From contig OY843751.1 in the NCBI GenBank assembly GCA_963693055.1, positions 4,896,001-4,960,000 on the forward strand: a DNA stretch of 64,000 bases, read 5' to 3'. The position numbers and the translations under genes were made by a program. Positions 38,068 through 47,278 of the stretch are shown piece by piece. The notes beneath the pieces were generated by a model. The model ran no database searches. It was not told where the DNA came from and worked only from the letters and a program-made list of their open reading frames with translations. The stretch is from a bacterium. GTDB taxonomy: Bacteria > Zhuqueibacterota > Zhuqueibacteria > Residuimicrobiales > Krinioviventaceae. Numbering within the stretch: the first letter of the stretch is position 1; every line of letters begins with the position of its first letter.

Positions 38068-39231
38068 TTATTGTTGTGAATCAATAACATTTACGGGACT
38101 TCCATCTTCCAAAAGGTGTTGTCCCAATACCACAACCAGCCCCTGCAGCGGAGGATCCACAATTTCTATAATATCTGTCTGAGAAATACCGGTAACAACG
38201 GGTACAAACTTTGCTTTACTGGCCTCAACATCCACCAGGTACACACCAGTTTCTCCGTTATGATTCACCACAGCATCTCTTGGCACCGTACAAACATTTG
38301 CTTTTTCAGCAAGCACAACCCGCACATGGGTAAACATGCCCGGCTTTAAAATGAGTGAATCATTGTCTACTTCTACCTCAAGTTGTGCCACTCGGGATGT
38401 TTCCTGCAGCATGGGTGCAATACGTGTTACAACGCCGGGGAAATACCTGCCAGGATACGCATCTACCTCAACCTGTGCTTCCTGCCCCTCTTTCATTAAT
38501 GCATAATCACGCTCTACAACCGTGGTCTGTACTATGACTTTTTCATAACCAATAACGGATACAATGGGCGAGTTGGTTGCAATCAGTCCACCTTCATCAA
38601 CAAATCGTTCTCCAATATAACCGGGTTCTGTAGCTTTAAGAATGGTATAACTCAACCGGATCTGGGCCGATTTTAGCGAAGCTTCACGCTGCTCAACCTG
38701 TGCGTTGGCAAGCTCAAGGCGAGAACTTTGGGCTTCAAAGGTACTTGTTGTGGCATCCAGCTCTGATGGGGATGCAATCCCCTTTTGTTGTAGAGACTTG
38801 ACACGGTCAAGCTCTTGCCGTGCCAGTTCATACTGACTTTTTGCTTCTAAAAGCGATGCCTTGGCAATTCTCAAATTGGCTTCAGCTTCAATAACTGCCT
38901 GTTCATATTCTGCATCATCCAAACGGGCAATAATCTCATCGCGGTCAACCCAATCTCCAATCCTTTTGTGAATACGTAAAATTCTACCCGAGACCTTGGG
39001 TGAAACCATATAGCGATAAAGTGGGTGGATGCTTCCCGTGAACTGACGGGTTTGTTTAATACCGGTATAGTAAACACTGTCTACCTGTACCGCAACAGGC
39101 GGTTTGGCCTCCCGCTCTTCTCCTTTTTCACCAGTAAACAGTGAAATAATTCTCCAGCTCAGAAATACAATAAAAACAACTAGCAGCGCATAAAGGGTCA
39201 TTTTTTTCATGTCTTTTGGCACCTTTTTCAT
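38068..39231 (-). CDS. RND efflux periplasmic adaptor (MFP)
   Basis: VSPKVSGRI..GDWV, coiled-coil hairpin, LKPGMF; first gene of the MFP-RND-TolC operon. Confidence 0.93.
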   Translation of the reverse strand: MKKVPKDMKKMTLYALLVVFIVFLSWRIISLFTGEKGEEREAKPPVAVQVDSVYYTGIKQTRQFTGSIHPLYRYMVSPKVSGRILRIHKRIGDWVDRDEIIARLDDAEYEQAVIEAEANLRIAKASLLEAKSQYELARQELDRVKSLQQKGIASPSELDATTSTFEAQSSRLELANAQVEQREASLKSAQIRLSYTILKATEPGYIGERFVDEGGLIATNSPIVSVIGYEKVIVQTTVVERDYALMKEGQEAQVEVDAYPGRYFPGVVTRIAPMLQETSRVAQLEVEVDNDSLILKPGMFTHVRVVLAEKANVCTVPRDAVVNHNGETGVYLVDVEASKAKFVPVVTGISQTDIIEIVDPPLQGLVVVLGQHLLEDGSPVNVIDSQQ

Positions 39232-39326
39232 AATTTTAGGGATATAAAAACAATTTTTTGCAAAAAAACCAAGTGAGAGAAAATATCGGTAGCAGAGAAA
39301 AGTATTTAATTATAAATATACAGCAC

Positions 39327-39347
39327 AACTTGAACACTATTCAAGTT
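39327..39347. promoter_or_regulatory. Palindromic putative operator upstream of efflux operon
   Basis: AACTTGAA-CACTA-TTCAAGTT. Confidence 0.4.
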
Positions 39348-39416
39348 CGCAATACATAATATAACGTAAACATGCATTTTTTGTTCTGGGAAACGTAAAT
39401 CAAACTTGTAAAATAG

Positions 39417-39458
39417 TGTAAAATGTAGATGATCACAATAGATCATCTACATTTTGCA
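39417..39458. other. Inverted repeat (terminator or operator)
   Basis: AAAATGTAGATGATC-ACAATA-GATCATCTACATTTT, 15-bp perfect arms. Confidence 0.6.
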
Positions 39459-39484
39459 ATATAATGATAAATAATTTATAATAT

Positions 39485-39835
39485 CTAGTATTTTTTCAAC
39501 AGGGATGCAATCCACCAACCCAGGCCACCCAGTATGCCACCAACAATTCCGGTAAGGAGAAAGATAAGAATTGCAAATTGAGAAGGTAAAAACGTGATTT
39601 GTACCAGTTTACCGGCAAACAGCCAACCTGGCGCACCTATTGCAGGAACAAGCGCAAGCAGAAACCACGCTAATCCGGCTCCCGCAAATCCTGCCCGAAA
39701 TAACTTTTTTTGAACAGAAAACACAAATCCGACTACTATTCCGGCAACCAATGCAGAGGGCCAACCGATCAATAAATCCAGTATAATGGTTAACACAAAG
39801 AGAATAAGCATACCCATCCATGATTTATTTCGCAT
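39485..39835 (-). CDS. Small integral membrane protein
   Basis: 116 aa with 3-4 TM segments; start overlaps the stop region of the acylase gene. Confidence 0.7.
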   Translation of the reverse strand: MRNKSWMGMLILFVLTIILDLLIGWPSALVAGIVVGFVFSVQKKLFRAGFAGAGLAWFLLALVPAIGAPGWLFAGKLVQITFLPSQFAILIFLLTGIVGGILGGLGWWIASLLKKY

Positions 39836-42398
39836 TTTTCCGCCCTCCCGGATTCAATGTAAGAACCGATTCAATATTTTTTTCTTCCAACGCTTCGGCT
39901 GTTTTGGGATACAGAAGTTCAAAATACTTTTGATTGTACCACGGTGCAATATTGTCATCATAATGCTTACTGGCAGGGTTGCCGCTTTGCCCGCCGGGGT
40001 AAACACCAACTTTTCTGCCCTCATCGCCTGGCTCTACAACCATCCGCCAGAGCGGACCCACATTCCGGGATGCATAAGAGATGGTATACCTGCTGCCTTT
40101 TAGGGGCAAACGGGGGTACCCCAGTCCCGGCAGATCGGTTAGATGATCAATGTAAAAAGCACTTTTCTCATTTCCTCTTCTCATATTTTTTAATTCGACA
40201 CCATATCGTTTTACACTATAGTCATAAACCGATTTTAGTTTAGAAATAATATAATCATCCCGGGTTTCCAGTTCATCAGTTTGGGGTAGATCAAACCATT
40301 CCGGGCCTGCTTCATTGAGAAATATGCATTCCCGGATTTCATTCCGTAAATGGATGAATGACCGGTTGTATTTGCTACGGAATTTATTTTCTATGGGTAA
40401 TGAAAAATTTAATACATGATTAAATATAACCGCAGCACTGGATTCGGGTGTAAAGCGACCATCCCAGTTTTTAAACACATCATATATTTCACGCAAGATT
40501 GGATCATCCATGCCCTTGTTTTCAATCGCTGTTAGCATTATCGGCAAAAGATTTTGCACTCTTGCGTCCACAATATCACACTGTATGCGCTGCATATCCG
40601 CAAAAGAGATTTTTTCTTTGGATTGCAGCAATTGGGTGATGCGTCTGGCGCGAAAGCCTTCTTCCCAGCCGTCTCCCAGGTAATACGGATACCCTTCTCT
40701 GACCGGGTACTGGTTAGCTGAAACCAGAAATCCCTGTTCAGGATTTACACTGTGCGGCATTTGTTCAAACGGAATAAACTTGCTCCAATTCGTTTCTGCA
40801 CTGCTGCCGTCAAGCGGATAGCGGCCATCACTATTGTTTCTCACCGGCACTTTGGCTGAAGCATACATGCCAATGTTTCCATATACATCCGCATAAGCAA
40901 TGTAATGGGGAGAGACAAAGTAATCATCCAGCGCTTGTTCGAATTCGTGGTTCGTCTGCGCCCGATTGATATTTCGAAAGGCATTCATCTCGTTAGAGAC
41001 CTCGTGGCCCACCCATCTGAACGCAAACTTGCCCTTTTTCCAATCCATTACCGGACCGTGGACTGAATTTTCAAACACGCAAAGACTGTCTTTGCCATTT
41101 CGTACTTTTACCAATACTGTATCTTTTTCAATCGGCAGCCACGCCCCATCATAGAGATATTTCTCACCACTCTCATCCAACTGCAGCATATAGCAGTCCC
41201 GCACATCCGCATTGAATGTGGTCGATCCCCAGGCCATATAGCGGTTAAATCCGTAAATAATATAGGGCGTATTCAGCAAGGCAATGCCATATACATCATA
41301 CTCGGGACATACCAAATGCGCTTCGTACCACATGCTGGGCAGGGTGAGCCATACATGCGGATCATGCGCCAGTATCGCCTTGCCGGAAGCGGATTTATCG
41401 GGACTGATCACCCAGTTGTTGCTGCCAATCCCTCTTATATAGGGTGAAGATTGAGATTCCAACCCATCCGCATAAACCATCACATGCTGACGGCCCGTTT
41501 CCGCATTGTTATCAACAAACGACACGACTTTATCCGCATCTGTTACCAGATTGACAGGTCCCTCATCAGTATCCGAAACCTGCCCCAAACCGGGATGTGG
41601 GTTCGTTTTGCTGTAAACGGTCCGGTCCTGCGGTGGCATACCCTTCTTTTCCGGAATAACGGGCGGCGAGTATGCCGGATATTCAGGATAAAACCGATTG
41701 TACAGGCTGTCCCCCAAAATCTCCCGCATTTCTGTCTCAGTTTTCTGTTTCTCGTATGGATAATAACTTCCTGAACTGAGCTGCCAGGTCAGGGATTTGA
41801 TCTGGCAAAAGCAGTGTTCGACAGTCCAGGGCTCCGGGGCATAATTAAACAGCTTAAATTCGAGCGGCAATTCTGATGGATTTAATGATGCCATATAGGC
41901 ATTGATACCAGAGACATACGCTTCCAGTTCCGCGTATAAGGGACTCCCCTCAAGCGCGGCACAATTACGCTCAGCAGCGGCTACCAGTCCCAATTCATGT
42001 TTTCTGAAATTGTCACGTAAAGCGAATTTTCCGAATACCTCCGCAGACCTTCCCGATGCATCACGCTGACCTATATCCATCTGCCAGAGCCGATCCTGCG
42101 CCTGCACATAACCAAAAGCATAGCACAGGTCTTTTGCATTTTGTGCAAATATATGCGGCACCCCGCGCTTGTCACGAATGACCGTAACCTTGTCTCTCAA
42201 TCCCTCAAGTGTTATTGACTGTTCCTGTGGATGCTCAGCCTGTCGGGCATTCTTCCACACCCCTTTTGACGGGTCCAGCAGTTTTGCCAGCGGCGGCACA
42301 GGGTAAAAACCAAATCCCAACAACAGAACAATCAACACGGAAGCGACCAATGCGACTACTCTCTTCCAGACAACATACTGCTTTCGATCTTTTTGCAT
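39825..42398 (-). CDS. Penicillin acylase family (Ntn hydrolase, peptidase S45), membrane-anchored
   Basis: RDKRGVPHIFA, GYVQAQDRLWQMD, GSNNWVIS (N-terminal nucleophile Ser), SANQ, PGGQSGNPASKHYDD. Confidence 0.92.
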   Translation of the reverse strand: MQKDRKQYVVWKRVVALVASVLIVLLLGFGFYPVPPLAKLLDPSKGVWKNARQAEHPQEQSITLEGLRDKVTVIRDKRGVPHIFAQNAKDLCYAFGYVQAQDRLWQMDIGQRDASGRSAEVFGKFALRDNFRKHELGLVAAAERNCAALEGSPLYAELEAYVSGINAYMASLNPSELPLEFKLFNYAPEPWTVEHCFCQIKSLTWQLSSGSYYPYEKQKTETEMREILGDSLYNRFYPEYPAYSPPVIPEKKGMPPQDRTVYSKTNPHPGLGQVSDTDEGPVNLVTDADKVVSFVDNNAETGRQHVMVYADGLESQSSPYIRGIGSNNWVISPDKSASGKAILAHDPHVWLTLPSMWYEAHLVCPEYDVYGIALLNTPYIIYGFNRYMAWGSTTFNADVRDCYMLQLDESGEKYLYDGAWLPIEKDTVLVKVRNGKDSLCVFENSVHGPVMDWKKGKFAFRWVGHEVSNEMNAFRNINRAQTNHEFEQALDDYFVSPHYIAYADVYGNIGMYASAKVPVRNNSDGRYPLDGSSAETNWSKFIPFEQMPHSVNPEQGFLVSANQYPVREGYPYYLGDGWEEGFRARRITQLLQSKEKISFADMQRIQCDIVDARVQNLLPIMLTAIENKGMDDPILREIYDVFKNWDGRFTPESSAAVIFNHVLNFSLPIENKFRSKYNRSFIHLRNEIRECIFLNEAGPEWFDLPQTDELETRDDYIISKLKSVYDYSVKRYGVELKNMRRGNEKSAFYIDHLTDLPGLGYPRLPLKGSRYTISYASRNVGPLWRMVVEPGDEGRKVGVYPGGQSGNPASKHYDDNIAPWYNQKYFELLYPKTAEALEEKNIESVLTLNPGGRKNAK

Positions 42399-42548
42399 TC
42401 CAGTCTCCCCTCTGTTTGCAAATCATGTTTTCGGCACGAATTCTTTTCATTTTTACACGTTCATTAAAGATCTTATCCCCTTGGAGATACATTCAAAAAA
42501 AATTTTAATCTTTTTAAATCAACATATTTCTATCTTAAACCTCCCGGT

Positions 42549-42673
42549 GACTGTTGAAAAAGTTCATAATCTAGCAAAAATCACCAACTCTCCGACCCAT
42601 CCGTCAGCTGACGGATGGGTCGGAACTACGACGCAAAGCTCTGATTCGCAAGCATTTGTAAATTAACAACCTG
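42549..42673. mobile_element. Possible MITE/IS-end remnant containing a perfect 34-bp palindrome
   Basis: Left end GACTGTTGAAAAAGT resembles IS5/IS1182-type ends; weak right end AATTAACAACCTGC; internal palindrome TCCGACCCATCCGTCAGCTGACGGATGGGTCGGA (42591-42624). Confidence 0.35.
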
Positions 42674-42766
42674 CCCATCATGAAATTTTCCCAATTTTAT
42701 AAAAATGAAATAAAATATTTTTTTCTCTGTATCCTTTGTGGCTCTGTGGTGAAGTTTTTAATCCCT

Positions 42767-42913
42767 CCTGATAGCAACACAGATATCTGTATTGCATTAA
42801 ATCAATTTTGCAACCTTAATCCTGAAATTATATTACAAACATCCAACGCTATTCGCAGAATCGATTCATAATGAACAGATCGCGACACAGATGCCTGTGT
42901 CGTGGAATATTAT
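42767..42913 (+). repeat. Two family A GATC-headed hairpin repeats
   Basis: CCTGATAGCAACACAGATATCTGTATTGC (42767-42795) and GATCGCGACACAGATGCCTGTGTCGTGGAATATTAT (42878-42913); both match copies at 30035-30453. Confidence 0.8.
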
Positions 42914-43056
42914 CATGGGACATTCGTCCCATCCTTGGCTAATTCGCATCCAGCTTCTATCTTTACAGAAAAACACTTGCCTTGCTCACCATTTTTTAGT
43001 AAAATATCACATCGCAATCCCATGAAAACCAATTTAACCAAATAACAGGACCCGCA

Positions 43057-44475
43057 ATGCCTGAAACTGCTTTTGAACCTGAATTTATCATACCCCAACC
43101 CGCAATTAAACAGATCATACAATCTCAACGAGATTTTTTCAAAACCCAAAAACCAGATTACTCTTTTCGTATGCAACAGCTCGCTACGCTCAAATCCGCC
43201 ATGGAAGCGTACGAATCCGAGCTGCTGCTTGCCATGGAAAAAGATATGCGCAAACCCCGGTTTGAAGGCTATTTAAGCGACATTGCCTTTACCGTAACAG
43301 AGATTGACCTTGCCCTGAAAAAATTAAAATCCTGGATGAACCCCAAACGCGTTTCCACACCCATCGCCCATTGGCCCGGCTCCAGTTACATCCATGCCGA
43401 ACCCTTTGGCGTTACCCTGGTAATGGCCCCCTGGAACTATCCCATTTACCTGTTGCTCGTCCCGCTGATTGGCGCCATGGCAGCCGGAAACTGTACCGTG
43501 CTCAAACCCTCAGAACTGACGCCCAATACTTCGAGCGTCATTGCCAAAATGTTCAAAGAGTATTTTGACCCGGCCTACATTGCTGTGGTTGAAGGAGACG
43601 GACAAATCGCGCAGGAACTGCTGAATGAAAAATGGGATTATATTTTCTTTACCGGCAGTCCCGCCATTGGAAAAATAGTCATGCAGGCCGCGGCACAACA
43701 CCTGACTCCGGTTACCCTTGAACTGGGCGGTAAAAGTCCCTGTATTGTGGACAAGAACATAAACATGGAAACCGCTGCCCGGCGCATTATCTGGGGGAAA
43801 TTCCTCAATGCGGGACAAACCTGCATTGCCCCGGATTATTTGCTGGTCCATCAATCCATCAAAGATGCATTTATTAAACAATGCAAAACGACATTACTTG
43901 AATTTTACGGTAGCGATAGATTCAACAGTCCGGATCTGGCGCGCATCGTCAATGAACGGCATTTTGATCGGTTGAGCAGCCTGCTCAAGGATGCTAACAT
44001 ACTCGTTGGGGGAGAAACCGACCGGGATTCCCGCTATATTGCGCCCACCCTTTTAGACGGTGTGGATTGGGAGCATCCCGTCATGCAGGATGAAATCTTT
44101 GGTCCCATTTTACCAGTACTGGAATATAGTGATCTGAATGATGCGATTAAAACCATCAACAGCCACCCCAAACCCCTGGCTTTGTACTTTTTCTCAAATG
44201 ATAAATCACTACAGAATAAAGTTATTGCCAAAACCAGTTCCGGCGGAGTGTGTATTAACGATACCATCAATCACATTATCCCCAACAATCTGCCTTTTGG
44301 CGGTGTGGGCACCAGCGGCATGGGTACATACCACGGCAAAGCCAGTTTCGATATTTTCTCACACCACAAAAGCACGCTCAAGCGCTCATTCCTTTTAGAT
44401 ATAAAAATAAAATACGCGCCCTATACTGTAAAAATTGAGCACGCAAAAAAGCTGTTAAAACTGATGACAGGGTGA
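43057..44475 (+). CDS. Aldehyde dehydrogenase (ALDH3/YwdH-like)
   Basis: APWNYP, LKPSEL, FFTGSPAIG, TLELGGKSP, NAGQTCIAPDY, DEIFGPILP, PFGGVGTSGMG. Confidence 0.96.
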   Translation: MPETAFEPEFIIPQPAIKQIIQSQRDFFKTQKPDYSFRMQQLATLKSAMEAYESELLLAMEKDMRKPRFEGYLSDIAFTVTEIDLALKKLKSWMNPKRVSTPIAHWPGSSYIHAEPFGVTLVMAPWNYPIYLLLVPLIGAMAAGNCTVLKPSELTPNTSSVIAKMFKEYFDPAYIAVVEGDGQIAQELLNEKWDYIFFTGSPAIGKIVMQAAAQHLTPVTLELGGKSPCIVDKNINMETAARRIIWGKFLNAGQTCIAPDYLLVHQSIKDAFIKQCKTTLLEFYGSDRFNSPDLARIVNERHFDRLSSLLKDANILVGGETDRDSRYIAPTLLDGVDWEHPVMQDEIFGPILPVLEYSDLNDAIKTINSHPKPLALYFFSNDKSLQNKVIAKTSSGGVCINDTINHIIPNNLPFGGVGTSGMGTYHGKASFDIFSHHKSTLKRSFLLDIKIKYAPYTVKIEHAKKLLKLMTG

Positions 44476-44505
44476 GATTGGTTTATTATTAAATCAGAGG
44501 CAAAA

Positions 44506-44592
44506 ATGAAATACGATGACCGTATCATTATTTATATCGACATACTAGGTTTTAGAGAAAAAATTAAAGAATCGAAAAAAGAAAACAAATGA
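44506..44592 (+). pseudogene. Truncated N-terminus of a DILGF-motif (nucleotidyl cyclase-like) protein
   Basis: RBS AGAGG then MKYDDRIIIYIDILGFREKIKESKKENK-stop; too short for the ORF track. Confidence 0.5.
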
Positions 44593-44753
44593 ATTTAATG
44601 CACACTAATTAATGTAAAGTCATGGCTTAATTGCTTTTACTGATAACTGAATACTTGTAACTTTCTATATTCGATAACGAAAAATAATTTTTAAAAACCC
44701 CAAAACTCTTTTATATACAATTATATTCACTTTTTAAATAAAAAAATACTTGC

Positions 44754-44801
44754 AATTTACTCAATATATTGAGTAAATTTACTCAACGTATTGAGTAAAT
44801 T
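44754..44801. promoter_or_regulatory. Two overlapping palindromes with 22-bp period (putative operator)
   Basis: AATTTACTCAATATATTGAGTAAATT (44754-44779) and AATTTACTCAACGTATTGAGTAAATT (44776-44801), ending 13 nt before the ATG. Confidence 0.7.
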
Positions 44802-44813
44802 GTAAGGCTAGCT

Positions 44814-45992
44814 ATGTATAAAAGAGCCATATATCCCATTCTACAAAAACGTTTATCTGAAAAACGCCGGTTCATTCAGGTTCTGGCAGGTCCCAGACAA
44901 ACAGGGAAAACCACACTCGCACAACAAATCCTCAAATCCGGGACCATTCAGGGAATATATGCCTCTGCTGACGGCCCCACTCTGCAGCCCCATTCATGGA
45001 TAGAGCAACAATGGGAGTTTGGCAGACTGGAAGCGAAAAAAGGCTCCACTGTCCTAATATTGGATGAAATCCAAAAAATTGACAACTGGTCAGAAACAGT
45101 CAAAAAATTGTGGGATAATGATTCATTAAACAATATTCCTCTTTATTGTATCATTCTAGGTTCATCACCTCTATTAATGCAAAAAGGACTATCTGAAAGC
45201 CTGACCGGCAGATTTGAAGTTATCCCGGTTACGCACTGGAGCTTTCAGGAAATGCAGAACGCCTTTGATATATCATTAGAACAATATATCTATTATGGCG
45301 GATATCCTGGTGCAGCAGAATTAATTGCGGAACCAGACAGGTGGCAAAACTATATATTACACTCTTTAATAGAACCTACAATCTCTAAAGACATCTTACT
45401 CATGACCCGTGTAGACAAACCTGCATTGTTGCGAAGATTATTTGAACTGGGTTGTCAGTATTCAGGTCAAATTTTATCTTTTCAAAAAATGTTGGGTCAA
45501 CTCAAAGATGCGGGCAATACCACCACACTGGCGAATTATTTGGAGCTATTGGGGCAGGCCGGTTTGTTAACAGGCCTCTCTAAATATGCCGGCCAAAAAG
45601 TCAGACAAAGGGCATCAAGCCCCAAGCTACAGGTATTAAACACAGCATTAATGGCAGCACTGGGGAATACACGTTTTGAAGATACATTAAACAATAACCA
45701 ATTATGGGGACGATTTGTAGAGTCAGCAATTGGGTCGCATTTAGCCAACAGCAGTCGTTCAACTCAAATAAAAGTTTTTTACTGGTCAAGCCGTAACAGA
45801 GAAGTGGATTTTGTACTGGAAAAAGGTGACAAGCTTGTTGCCATTGAAGTAAAAAGTCATAATAAACCGGCTTTTCTTCCGGGTATGGATGCATTTTCTA
45901 ACGAATTCCCGGTTACAAAAAAATTACTTGTAGGGGGAAATGGTATTCCTGTTGCGGAATTTTTAACAACACCGGTTACAGATTGGTTCTGA
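44814..45992 (+). CDS. AAA_14 ATPase + DUF4143 (PD-(D/E)xK-like) protein
   Basis: GPRQTGKTT, ILDEIQK, LGSS, ESLTGRF, YGGYP, C-terminal EVDFVLE...AIEVKS. Confidence 0.9.
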   Translation: MYKRAIYPILQKRLSEKRRFIQVLAGPRQTGKTTLAQQILKSGTIQGIYASADGPTLQPHSWIEQQWEFGRLEAKKGSTVLILDEIQKIDNWSETVKKLWDNDSLNNIPLYCIILGSSPLLMQKGLSESLTGRFEVIPVTHWSFQEMQNAFDISLEQYIYYGGYPGAAELIAEPDRWQNYILHSLIEPTISKDILLMTRVDKPALLRRLFELGCQYSGQILSFQKMLGQLKDAGNTTTLANYLELLGQAGLLTGLSKYAGQKVRQRASSPKLQVLNTALMAALGNTRFEDTLNNNQLWGRFVESAIGSHLANSSRSTQIKVFYWSSRNREVDFVLEKGDKLVAIEVKSHNKPAFLPGMDAFSNEFPVTKKLLVGGNGIPVAEFLTTPVTDWF

Positions 45993-46005
45993 GAAACTAA
46001 AAGCC

Positions 46006-47268
46006 CTATTCCCCAACATCCCAGAACAACACATCTTTATGGGGTCTGGCATCGAGAATCCGTTTTTTCAAGGTTTTTAACTTGCCCTCAATATCTTTGT
46101 GCAGGTTTTCGGGTCCCACTTCCATATCAATGCCCACACCACCGCAGCTTGGCAGCCACAGCTTGATTGTTTCGGTACCGTTTTCTATTTCGCGGGTATG
46201 CTCAAATCTCTCAATGCGGGAGATCCCTTCCAGCGTTTTGGGTACCGGGATTTCACCAGCAACATGCTGCTCCAGCAGATAATCCATATCCACGATATTC
46301 CGGAGTTTGTAATACTCCATCAGCTTGGCAAGCGCAACCAGTCGAAACAGTTCCTCAAGCTCTGCATACAAGGGCTCGGTCTCTGCCAGTTCCGAATAAT
46401 GAGAGGTAAAATTCTTTGTAAACGCCTCTGCCATAGGATCAGTTTTACCGGCCCCCACGAGTCTCTTTTCCGACGAGTGCAGATATTGCGATTCTGTCAG
46501 CAACGTTACAGGACAATCATCAATCTTTGCAATCTGATCATCATAACTGAACTGATAATCTCCGGGATAAAACCAGAACCGGTTCATTGAAGCAATCCCC
46601 ACGGTGATAGAATTCCCTACCCGAATATCCGTTTCCATTTGTGATTTCACAGCAGGTAATAATCCGGTAATACCGTTTACATCCGGCACAAACGAACCAT
46701 CCACAATACGTTTTAACAGATAATCCGCATCTACCATTACCGAAGCAAACCTAGACTCGAAGGGAATGCCAAACACCCGCACCGTCTGAGGCAATTTACA
46801 GATATCATGCCACATCTCTATCACTGTATCCTTGGCTTCAACATCGGTAACAGTATTCAACCGCTGGGACAATTCATTCAATTGTGCCAACACCTTTGCA
46901 TTCGGATCTATTGAACAACCGGGATTGCTGTAATAGTAGGTATTATCTTTCAACTCGGCATAAACCATCCACGCATTTCGCAAGGCGATCACAAAATCAG
47001 TTGTGTACAGCGGCATACGGTCATCTAATACCTGTCCATACACAACAACATCCTGGTTCTCTGCATCCGTTACAAATCCATCAACACGGTTGATCCCACA
47101 CAAATACAGCAATATAGCATTATCCGTATCTTTACCTGCCTGCTGCCATTGATTTTGGAACTGTGTCAATGAAAACGCACGGGTCCCTGCAAAAACTGAT
47201 GCTGCCGGCCATGTAAAACCGGCAGCAATCAAATAAATGATCAGAATAAATAGAAAATAACGTCTCAA
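46006..47268 (-). CDS. Exported DUF1598-like protein
   Basis: Signal peptide; PGCSIDP, VRVFGIP...FASVMVDADYLLKRI, NRFWF, FTSHYSELA..PLYAEL. Confidence 0.65.
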   Translation of the reverse strand: MRRYFLFILIIYLIAAGFTWPAASVFAGTRAFSLTQFQNQWQQAGKDTDNAILLYLCGINRVDGFVTDAENQDVVVYGQVLDDRMPLYTTDFVIALRNAWMVYAELKDNTYYYSNPGCSIDPNAKVLAQLNELSQRLNTVTDVEAKDTVIEMWHDICKLPQTVRVFGIPFESRFASVMVDADYLLKRIVDGSFVPDVNGITGLLPAVKSQMETDIRVGNSITVGIASMNRFWFYPGDYQFSYDDQIAKIDDCPVTLLTESQYLHSSEKRLVGAGKTDPMAEAFTKNFTSHYSELAETEPLYAELEELFRLVALAKLMEYYKLRNIVDMDYLLEQHVAGEIPVPKTLEGISRIERFEHTREIENGTETIKLWLPSCGGVGIDMEVGPENLHKDIEGKLKTLKKRILDARPHKDVLFWDVGE

Positions 47269-47278
47269 AAAAACCTCA

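Noticed and set aside
42481-42871. Short ORFs in the acylase/ALDH intergenic region
   Set aside because: They overlap the palindrome and repeat elements and show no protein-like features.
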